A stretch of 64,000 nucleotides of DNA from Vicugna vicugna (Eukaryota). Under the pieces are notes generated by a model. That model worked only from the letters and a program-made list of their open reading frames with translations. It had not been told where the DNA came from and searched no databases. The stretch spans positions 124,001-188,000 of the forward strand of contig MU058714.1 in NCBI GenBank assembly GCA_013265495.1, in the 5' to 3' direction. Made by a program: the position numbers and the translations under genes. Of the stretch, positions 1 to 9,628 are shown in pieces. Each line of letters opens with the position of its first letter. Position 1 is the stretch's first letter.

Positions 1-649
1 GTGGGTGGAGGTGGAGGTGAGGGAGACAGCTTGTCCTGTGGTGCCCAGGACACCCCCCCACCCAGAGCTCGTCCCCCCCCCACGTCAGTAGTGCCCAGGC
101 CGAGGAACCCATGGTGGTCTCCAGAGTGGAAGACGCCAGACATCCATGCAGAGTGAGAACACAGACACACAGCGATAAACATAGGGGGTCGGGGGAGGCT
201 GTGTTTCTCAGGCAAGGCCAAGGCCCACCCCGCTGGCTGCCAGCTTGAAACCTCCCACGGAATTTCTCCAGCCCGCGCATGGGGGGTCGTCCAGCCTCCG
301 CTCCTCCCGGAGGCACTCAGCCCGCGCCCACTCCAGGTGGCGGGAAGAAGGGAGGGAGCAGCCTCTCTCACTGTCTTGCTACTGTCCTCACCACACCATC
401 CTTGCCACCATCCCCGCCACCACCCGAATCCCCATAGCACCGAAGTCTTGTAGGGCTGCTCTGCAAAAACAAACTCCCCCCGGGGTCCCCACAGAGACCT
501 TGGTGGCCCACCCACTGCAGGAACGTCACTGGACCCAGACCAGGACATCCAGGTGGCAACACTCAGGAGAGATCGCCACCCATCGCTCTGCTCTGCAGCA
601 GGGTCTCTGCGAGACCGTGACACCTCGGGAAACCTTCCCTCCCCCTTCG

Positions 650-1900
650 CCCCTCAGAAACGAGCGTGCTTCCTCTCCTCCAAAGCAGCGGGCAAGCGGC
701 CAGGGACACGTCAGCGGGGCACGCCCGACGTCACTCCCTCCAGCCCACCAGTTTGGGAAGATGCCCACTAAGACAGAGAATGGGTACAAGGTGGGGGGAA
801 GGGGGGGCACACGTGAGCCTCGCAGAGCGAGTCGGGGGCCCTGGCCCAAGCGGAGGCGGCCAGGCGCCAGGCCCCCAGTTAGAGCCGGTACATCTGTTGG
901 GGCGGCAGAACCCCGCAGACACCTGCCAGCAGGAGGCGCTGCTGCGACGCAGACGCTGGGGATGGGGAGAGGGCACTCGGGCTGGTGACTGCGTGGGGGC
1001 GATTCTTTTTATAGCAAGCAAACAGTTTTGTTTTAAGAAGACAACAAGAAAGAAAAAAACAAAGAAAGAATGTTTCAGGAAAAGTTGTAAGAGCCATGTC
1101 GGTGGGCCGAGGGGAGGAGGGCGAGGAGCCAGGCAGGCTGCGGCTGGGGTCTGCCCTGGCCCCCAGGACAGCTGAGTGTAGCTGGCCACGAGGCAGGCCA
1201 GGGGTCGACGGCCCCCAGCCCACACTGCGCGTGACTCACCCGCACCGGGAGCCGGAGCCGGCAGCCGGCAGCCGGCAGCGGCAGGGGCATGGCCACTCCA
1301 TAGCCAGTGGGGCCACCGGTCAGTGATGGGAGAGCAGGGCGCGGCCCAGCCCTGAGCCCCCACCCACCATGCTGCCCTGGGGACCTGTGGGTCTCATATT
1401 CCTGAGCTGGTCTGAGAGGAACCCTCCCTGACTTCCCTCTTCCTCACCTCCCTTCCCCGTCACCTCCTTGCTCTAAACCAAGAACTGATTCAATGCGCTG
1501 CAACACCCTGCCGGGGCCTCCCAAGGCCGCACCACCCACCCCACCCCACCCCACCCCACCCCAGGTCCAGAGCCGACACTGTGCCCGCACCCCCCCCCTT
1601 TGTTCTGTCCTCGGAGACACCGGAGCCGCTAGTCAGGGAGAAGTCTCCATCCCATAATAACCCAGGAAAACGTCTTTATTATTATTTTTCTTCCCTCCAG
1701 AAACAATCTTGCACGACCCTGCCCAGCGCACGCCGCGGGGACAGCAGGGCCACGGGCCGGGCGCCTCCTCCGGCCCTGCCCGCCCGGCGAGCAGATGGCG
1801 GCGTGGGCGTTAGGTACCGGCCTCCTGGCAGTCCGAACATCTGTTCCCGTTAGAAAATGCTAATTGCCATCAATCAGGACAGCACCTACCCACATTTACA
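650..1900. promoter_or_regulatory. CpG-rich promoter/enhancer-like region
   Basis: Dense CpG patches at about 660-960, 1090-1320 and 1700-1830. Minus-strand TATAAAAAG at 1005-1013. AP-1 site TGACTCA at 1232-1238 overlapping a minus-strand donor CGG|GTGAGT. CTCF-like CCAGCAGGAGGCGC at 926-939. Function is inferred from motifs only. Confidence 0.45.
1531..1563 (-). repeat. (GGGGT)n pentamer repeat with G-quadruplex potential
   Basis: The plus strand reads accacccaccccaccccaccccaccccacccca, giving at least five G4 runs on the minus strand. Confidence 0.85.
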
Positions 1901-3713
1901 TGCAAGCACACACGCGCGCACACACAAAATACATCTAAATTTCTCCAAGCGCACACTCCCTGCATGATAACTAGGCGGTCGATGCCTCAGGCTGATGCCT
2001 CCCCAAAGGCTCTGAGGGGCCGCCTGGCCTCTCCAGGACCTGCTCTGGACCCACAGCAAGGAAGCAGGTTAAGGAGTGGATAGATGGGCTCTGCCCCCTG
2101 CCATGGCCTCTCATCTGCCCACCAGGGGGTGGACACAGGTCCACTGGCTCTGTGCAGTGGGGTCAAGTCCCCTGGACAGAAGGCCTGCAGAAACAGGACG
2201 TTCCTTTGAGCTCTCCTTCTCTAGCTGGATGGGGCGTCTGCATCAGCGACCTCTCCCTAAGCAAAGGTTCTGGATGTCTCACACCTCCTAGGAACAACCT
2301 GGCTGGATCTTTCAGCCCGGATGTCTGCCTCACTTCCAAGTCTGAAGGGCAGTCCCCACCCAACACGCTCTGCGGCTCCATGCACAGCCTGAAGGTGGCC
2401 TCCTCTGGATGTGCATTCTACCCCGTGGTGCTGGGACAGGTTCCTCCCGCACTCAGGTGTCAGGTGGGACTGCGCCCTGGCGGCCAGCCTCCATCCCCCA
2501 TCCTGGGGCCCTGGGCTTCACTAGACCCTTGGACCACCATTTGGCGGACATCCGCCACTTCCCCAGACCCCGGGGATCTGGAAGCGCCCTGGAGGCCGGG
2601 GCACAGTGCTTCCCACCATGAAGTCTTCTCTTCCCGAAGGAGCGCAGACCCAGGCTGCTCCCCACCCCCACCACGGGAAGGCAGTCTACAGAGATCCACG
2701 GTACAGACAATGGTGACCTCAGACACAGTGTGAAATCTGAGGACCCCAGCGCGTCCAGAAGGAGGACTTGGAGGGTCAGCCCGTTCTTTAAGGAGAGAGG
2801 AGCACCCTCCTGACAGTCCTTCTCCATCCCACTCCCCCACCCCCAACACACACACAACTCGAAGCAAGCAAGCGGTTCCACTCATCTTCCTCCTGAGCAG
2901 CAGGTTGCTATGGAGCCCGGGGACCGGCCTGAGTGGTCAGCTCAGACAACTGAAGGAGAGGCGTCCGTGTAGTCGATGAGTGAGGCCCAGGGGATCCAGG
3001 CCACCAGGTGGGAGAAGAGGACACGGGACGCAGCTGGCGGGCGACCTCCCGATGGTGTAGAATCCCTGCCGCCCGTGAACCCCGTGTGGGGCTGCCCCGA
3101 CTCCCACGAGTGACAGGAAGCCGCACACGGCTACACGAGATGGTTAGGAGAGGCCGCTGGGTCACGCTTCCCCATTTGCTCTAGTGTGACAGCCACAAAT
3201 GTCTCCAGACACTGCCAGTGTGCCCTGGGGCACACGGCTGCCCGGAGCTGATGGGCCCTAGCGGGAAAGCCTCACAGATGACAACTGTGACCCAGGTGGT
3301 TGTGGGATGGCCAGGAGTGGGGGCGGTGCAGGGAGCAGGACAGGCTGGGGCTAGAGCTGGATGGCCTTGGGTGTCACAGCCAGATGCCACATGACACACG
3401 TCAGTCTGACCATCAATCCAGAGGCTCCTCTGGCACACTTCCACGTCCCGTCCACCTTCTGCCTGGCTTTCCTCTCCTCCATTCTCATTTCCCACTTCAC
3501 AGCTTTCCTGCCCTCACTGGACGGTTGAGGCCTGAGAGCCGACAGGGTTCCCGAAGCTAAGCATGAAAGACCGCAGGGCAAGGACACAGCACTGTGGTCA
3601 CTTCTCCCCATCCCCACCCCTGTAAGGTCAAAAGAGGATGAAGTTTAAAAATAAAATTTGCAATAATAATAATGACAATAATAAGCAATGACTTCCAGAG
3701 AGAGAGGGAGCAG

Positions 3714-3764
3714 ATGGATGGATGACAATTGGTGATGGATGGATGGATGGACGGATGGATGGAT
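3714..3764 (+). repeat. Imperfect (GGAT)n microsatellite
   Basis: atggatggatga...gatggatggatggatggacggatggatggata is directly visible. Confidence 0.9.
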
Positions 3765-4084
3765 ACACATACACACAGATGGATGTACTGGACTTCCTCC
3801 CTCCACCCACAGCTAGACGCAGCGGGATCTGTGACCCCAGGAAGCAGACTCCTCTCCAGGTTCCAGTCCCCGCTGGTGAGAGTCCCCTGCTCCAGTAGGA
3901 AGGGGCGGCAGTTTGCCGGGCTGGAGCCAGGAGAACATGCGGGAAGGCAGGAAGACAGAGGTGGGAAGGCCCTCCTCTGATTGCGGAGGGCCACCTCCAG
4001 ACCTAGGCTCCTCCCACAGAGAAACACACCTCGCAGGGTGCTCTGAGGGTTAAATAAGAGCCCAGCGTGAGAGGGGCACACACA

Positions 4085-4220
4085 GCGAGGGTTCTCCTGT
4101 AGACCACGGGCTGTATTTTATCCGTCTTTGCACCAGCCTATGCTTAGCTCAGGACGCACAGCACCAGGCTGTCTCCTGCCCTTAACGTCTCCATAAATGT
4201 TGGAGAGTGAATGCATACAT
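4085..4220 (+). mobile_element. L2 LINE 3' end remnant
   Basis: Decayed ...cacagcaccaggc...ccataaatgttggagagtgaatg resembles the L2 3' terminus. Confidence 0.45.
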
Positions 4221-5044
4221 GCTTGGGTTTCATTCTAGCTCAGGATGCCACCAGAGACATCACCCCACCCCAGTGGCCAACATGGGTGTGTCTGAGAGAT
4301 CACGTCATCCCCAGTAGCCACCGTGGGTACTGGAGGCGTCACCCCATCCACACAGAGAAGGAAGAGCAGAGATCGTTACTAGCAAACCCGGCAGCCTAGT
4401 GGATGTGGGGTGATGGCTGGGGGTGAGGCACCTTCACTCAGCAGTTCATCTCTAGGCTACTGGGGCCCCCCATGAACGTCAGCATTATGTGAGGAGCCTC
4501 ATCAAACCTCGCAGACCACGGCATTAAAATTCATCCAGCCCCACCAACCCCCAACTCACGTGCATCTCAGGTCGGAGCCCTTTCCCTACACCCCTGCAAA
4601 GGGCTTCCCAAACCAGGGAACCCACTCCCACCCACCCCCCAAGCCCCTCAGGGAAACAGTGATGAAACGGGGTAGCCGAGCCAGCATGCCCAGCGTTCCT
4701 TAAGCTTCCAGACGTAGGATTTGGGGGAAATAGTACTGTTATGTTACAACCAGCACGAGCATATTGTGGACGAGATGTAAGAGCTGCATGAATTTTTAAG
4801 ACAACAAATAAGACTTCAAAGAAATGCCAGGCTTCCCAGGACCCCTTCTGGCATCAGACGCCCAGTCTTTCAGGAGTGCAGGTTTAATATTCCTGCCTTT
4901 TTGGAGTTTTCAGAAGAAACAGCCACACCTCCAGTGAAATGCTGTGTCTTCTATCACCCGGACGAGCCATTTAATCTCCCTGTGCCTGAGCACTGCCTGC
5001 CGAGCACAGGTGCACGCTCCCCCTCTGGGATGCGTCATCACATT

Positions 5045-5076
5045 AAAAAAAAAATATATATATATATATACATATT
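5045..5076 (+). repeat. Poly-A/(TA)n simple repeat
   Basis: aaaaaaaaaatatatatatatatatacatat is directly visible. Confidence 0.9.
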
Positions 5077-5382
5077 TATGACCAGTCTTTCCTTTAGACT
5101 CGGAGAAGGAGAAAAACTAACTCAAATGAATTTCTTCATAGAAGATAAAGTAAGGCCTCAGCCTTCCTGGCCACCCAGTGAAGGCGGGTCTTGGGTCCAC
5201 GCACACCTGGCTCTGGAGGCTGGAAGGATGAGGGTCTCCCACGGGAGTGGCAGAGCTCCTGGGAAGTAGTGCAATGCTCCAACGACATGCGGGGGGCCGA
5301 GAGCAAGGCAGTTTGCAAAGCGTGTACGGGGCCAGGTGAAATACTAAATCATTTTAAAATCATTACGTTCTTGCCTTGGGAA

Positions 5383-5539
5383 TTCTTTTCATGTTTGGGC
5401 TTTTTGTTTTTTTTGGAGGGGGAGGAAATTAGGTTTATTTATTTATTTGTTTGTTTAAGCGGAGGTGCTGGGGACTGAACCCAGGACCTCATGCACGCTA
5501 ACTAAGCATGTGCTCTGCACTGAGCTGCACCCTGCCCCC
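5383..5539 (-). mobile_element. tRNA-derived SINE, camelid vic-1-like
   Basis: The minus strand reads GGGGCAGGGTGCAGCTCAGTGCAGAGCACATGCTTAG...GCATGAGGTCCTGGGTTCAGTCCCCAGCACCTCC, with Pol III A-box-like and B-box-like motifs. An A-rich (AAAT)n tail follows. The element is flanked by the direct repeat gccttgggaa at 5373-5382 and 5540-5549. Confidence 0.8.
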
Positions 5540-6344
5540 GCCTTGGGAACTTTCTGTGCAGCAGAAGGGTCTAGAAGTGTGGCCGATCCAGAGATGTTCT
5601 GGCTCACACACAAGAGACGACTTTTGAAGGCCACGCACGTGCGGTCACTCCTGGTGTGGGTGACATTTGTTTCGGTCGTGCGGGTGTCTGCTTCCGCAGC
5701 TGCAGACAGCACCATGGAAATGAAGGCGACACGCAACCTACAGCCTCTCAGCTGAGCAGAGCGTTTAAAGCCTGATCGCCGTCTGCAAGGTCCTGCTACG
5801 AGAGCAGGCGCCCGCTTTACTCGGGAGATGCCCTCGCGTGAGTGATGTGCTCCCGCCCCATGGACGGGTCCGCCACGGGGCACGGGCCTCCATCACGCTG
5901 GAGGGCCACGTGTGCCCCGTTATTCAACTCTCCCCGGGGCGGAGGGAGAGCACCTGAAGAGAGACAACAGTGAACGTCTAGGACCTGTCAGGACGTTGCG
6001 TGGAGGGCCTTCGAGGGACCCTGCTTCGTGCAGGGCTGTGGGAAGAACACAGAGGCAGCGGGAGCCTGTGCGCCCAAGACGCCCGCGAGAGGAAAGGAGG
6101 GGCAGGCTCGGGAGGAGCTTCCGTGGGCAGCCCCGGGACCTGCTCCCGAGCCTTCCGCTGCCCGCAGTGGCTGGGGAGCGACAGAACCAGGGGGCAGAGG
6201 ACGCAGAGGGGCAGGGCCTGGCCCACGCCAGCACCGCATCCCTCCCGAAGCGCTCTGAGGAGCCCGGGACGCTGGGCGCGCCTGCGGGGACCCCTCCGCG
6301 ACAAACCGCAGAGGCTGCGCTGTCTTGGAAGAGGCAGCGTCAAC

Positions 6345-6418
6345 TTTAAAAAAAAGTTTTTATTTTGAAATAATTTAAGATTCAAAGAAATTGCGAAAGC
6401 AGCGCAGAGAGTTCTCAT
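6345..6418 (-). mobile_element. Ancient L1M 3' end fragment
   Basis: tttattttgaaataatttaagattcaaagaaattgcgaaagcagcgcagagagttc resembles antisense L1MC/MD-type termini. Confidence 0.55.
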
Positions 6419-6775
6419 GAATTGTGTCCCCTCCGCGTTCAAATGCGGACGCCCTAACCCCCGGGACCTCAGAGCGTGGCCGTGCTTGGAGACAGGGTCC
6501 TGAAGGAGGGGATGACGGTTAAACGAGGTCACGGGGGGGGCCTAGTCCAACACGACTGAGTCCCTGCGGGAACAGGGGGTGAGGGCGCAGACACTCACAG
6601 AGGGACGACCACGTGAGGACATGGGGCCATCCGCACAGCCGGGAGAGAGGCCTCAGGAGGACCCCCCCTGCCCACACCCTGATCGTGGACTTCCAGCCTC
6701 CGGAACTGCGAGCAAGCACCTTTGTGTTTACCACCCAGCCTGGCGCTCTGTAAGGGCAGCCACGGAAACAAACGC
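6415..6775 (+). mobile_element. MLT1 (MaLR) solo LTR, MLT1A/B-like
   Basis: tgaattgtgtcccc...ctaacccc...gagagaggcctcaggagga...cctgcccacaccctgatcgtggacttccagcctccggaactgcgag are hallmark MLT1 motifs. Confidence 0.8.
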
Positions 6776-7244
6776 GCCCCCACGCACGGCTGCGCCCTCA
6801 GGCCAGGCGCCGTCCCGGGGCCCCCAGGCGACCACGGAGCTCGCTCAGACCTCACCTGTTCTGTGACCTGGCTTGTGGGCCCTCTCTGCGCGTGCTCCTC
6901 ACACTGCCTGTGGCAACGGACTCGTCTTATTTCTGATTGACTGCAGACCTATACTTTGGTTTTCAAAAAAGGCTATACAAATGGGCTTACTGGAAAAATG
7001 GAGTAAAATGACATACAAAATACAGAGCCTGATTTCTTATCATTAGCGTCAACAGACACCAAGTTAGACAGAAAACTGCTCTTTCACATCGGCTGTAAAA
7101 GGTTCTAAATGCACACCCCCCCATTTCTGGCTTCATCTTGTAGATCCAGGGGCAGCAGCTCGGCCTCAGATCTCACCCTGAGTGGCTCTGATTTGGATCA
7201 TAGAGTCACATGTCCTCAGCCAGTGTTGCCACCAGGAGCAGCTG

Positions 7245-7380
7245 TGGGTTCAAATTCTGGATGGCCCCATGCTGACCATCCATCCGTGGCTCAGTGTCCT
7301 CAGGGAATCCAGCTTCCAGGGCTGTTGTGAGGATTAAAGAGATGACACGTGCCAGTCTTGAGCTGAGAACCGTGGATAAG
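7245..7380 (+). mobile_element. MIR SINE remnant
   Basis: gggttcaaattctgg and agggctgttgtgaggattaaagagatgacacgtg match the MIR 5' and core/3' regions. Confidence 0.65.
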
Positions 7381-7786
7381 ATACCTGCACGCACCTGTCG
7401 TCCCGGGATGTCAGCGGGACCAGTCTCCAAGCCCTAAGTCCTGCTCTGGAAACTCCAGGCACACAGATGTCTCCCACATGAGGCTGCTTTGTGAGTGTGT
7501 TATTTGATCTTTGTTGAACTTGGATTTGTCTTCTGATTGCTTCCAGGTCCTCCCAGAATGCAAGCATCCTGCTGAACCCCCGCTGGGAGCTGCAGGGGGC
7601 CACACCCTGCGAGCTTCCTGTAGTTCCAGCCGTTACTCAGCAGCACTCAGCGACACAAGGTCACTCACAACGCCATCTGCCCCCACACGCCACCTCCCCT
7701 CCCGCCCCATCTGTCCACGCGCCACCTCCCCTCCCGCCCCGAGAGAGAGAGGGATGGCTCGGTTCCGCCTCCATGTGTTCCCTCCT

Positions 7787-7812
7787 ACACGCACACAGAC
7801 ACACGTGCACAG

Positions 7813-7844
<32 letters not shown>
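7787..7844 (+). repeat. Imperfect (CA)n microsatellite
   Basis: acacgcacacagacacacgtgcacagacacacacacacacacacacacacagacaca is directly visible. Confidence 0.9.
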
Positions 7845-9197
7845 AACCAAAGTTGGGCTTATCTCGACCTCTCCTTCTAAATTAATTTTTCTTCCTGAGG
7901 CATCTGCAGACACTCCCTTTCTGCTCTTTGTCCCTCAGAGCACAGATGTCTTTGAAAGCTCCAGGCCTGGGGATACTTAATGCATCCTTGCAAATTGGAT
8001 AAAAAAAATAATTTTCTCCCAATCCATAAAAATCCTTGCTGGCCCGTTTGCCCGTTGAGTGGAGTTCACCGCCAGCCTGCGCAACGACGAAGAAGAACAA
8101 AGTGAAGGTTCCGTGGTATCAGATCCAGGGGCCCCGCCAGGCGCCCAGCCAGCAGCGGAACCAGCCAGCTCTGGGTGAGGCTGGCTCAAGCACCCCCGTG
8201 GCCCCTTGAAAAGAACCCATTTTGAATCTAGAATCAGTGGATTTGTACAAACCCACGTAGAACCTGCTCACGCCCTCTGCCCAGGACATCTCTAAGTCCC
8301 AAGTTCAGTACCAGGACTGCGTGTGACACCTGCACACGTGTATCAACACGACATGCTTCGGCATGAAGCTCGTCCCTCCTTTCCTCCACCCATCCGCCTG
8401 CTGCTGTTGACGGTGACAATCACCCACAGCTTGGCCTGGACGGCCGGCCTGGATGGCGATGGCCCACCACCTTCCAGGGGATGGACCGTGCACACACGAC
8501 AAGGGCCGGGGAGGGCGTTCTCCCGGGGGCCGCCCACCCACAGCGGACTTCTGCATCCACAGATGGCAGTGCAGCCGGAACCAGGCCGTGTCCTGCCTCA
8601 GCTCCCCCCGTCCCCCGGTACCTGTGTTCCTTCCTCTGTCGGCCTCTCCCACCTCCCCCAGCTCGGGGTTCACACCTCATTCATTTCATCCTCTTGTAAC
8701 CCACCAGATCGCTCGGCCTTGAGAGCCTCCTCATTCCTAACCCGCCATGTGCCCGACCGCCTCCCTCCCCCAAGATCTCCCTCCCTCCCCTCCCCAGGCC
8801 CCTCTCTGACCTCCTCTTCCACTCCCACCCCTCAGGCCCCAGAGCCCCGCAGGGAGACCCTCGCTGGCCAGACGAATGGCACAAACTGTTCACACTTGGG
8901 TTTGATCTGGGGCCTGGCGTCTCACGCTCAGGTTGCTCTCAAGACCCATGTCTGCAGCGGGCTGGTGGGAAGTGGGCAACACAGGAAGGACCCCGGCAGT
9001 CAGCACGCAGAGCACCGCCGCGTCTTGGATGACGGAGGACCTACGACCTGCAGGTGGGGTTTCAAGAAGCCCCTCTCACAGCTCGCCTCCTAACTGGCTT
9101 CCAAATGACCAGCAGTAGCACTTCTCCTGGGCAGGCGGCATGTAGGGTTCGTGTTATCTGGGCTCCCCTCCCCCTACTGAGGGTCCTTGGAGGATAC

Positions 9198-9628
9198 AGT
9201 AGGTAGAACTGTGTCCCCAAAAGGAGATGTTGAAATCCTAGCCCCCAGCACCTGTGACTGTGACCTTATTTGGACCTCGGGTCTTTGCAGACGACTCAAG
9301 TCAAGACAACGCCCTGCTGGAGTCGGGCCTGACCCACGGCCGGGGTCTGTACAAGGTGAGGGAAACTCGGACACACGTACACGCGCAGAGGGGCCTGCGG
9401 TGTTAAGACACAGGCACAGACAGACACAGAGAGGAGAAGCCACTGGTGACGGAGGCAGAGACTGGAACCCAAGGTCGCCAAGGACGGTCGGCGACCACGG
9501 AATCTGGAGAGAGAACAGGGCCCCACTGACGCCTCAGTTGCAGACCTCCAGCCCCCAGAGACGTGCGAGAATAAATCTCTCTTGTTTTAAGGCCCCCATT
9601 CTGTGGCCCTTCGTGCAGCCCCAGGACC
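9198..9628 (+). mobile_element. MLT1 solo LTR, MLT1B/C-like
   Basis: gaactgtgtccccaaaaggagatgttgaaatcctagcccccagcacctgtgactgtgaccttatttgga...gagaataaatctctcttgttttaagg. Confidence 0.8.

Noticed and set aside
245..1363. Overlapping 247-, 210-, 169- and 114-aa ORFs
   Set aside because: They overlap on both strands in CpG-rich sequence, and their Lys/Phe runs come from a simple A-rich tract.
2908..3165. Possible minus-strand terminal coding exon (acceptor CCTAACCATCTCGTGTAG near 3130)
   Set aside because: None of the three translations resembles a protein I recognise, and I found no supporting donor or nearby poly(A) signal.
3733..3745. TGATGGATGG PBX-HOX-like match
   Set aside because: It is generated by the (GGAT)n microsatellite.
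5455..5539. tRNA-like A/B boxes
   Set aside because: The A-rich tail, the TSD and the lack of a full cloverleaf indicate a SINE, not a tRNA gene.
6900..7110. AT-rich island that looked like a conserved element
   Set aside because: It is more likely a decayed DNA transposon fragment. I could not assign a family, so I make no claim.
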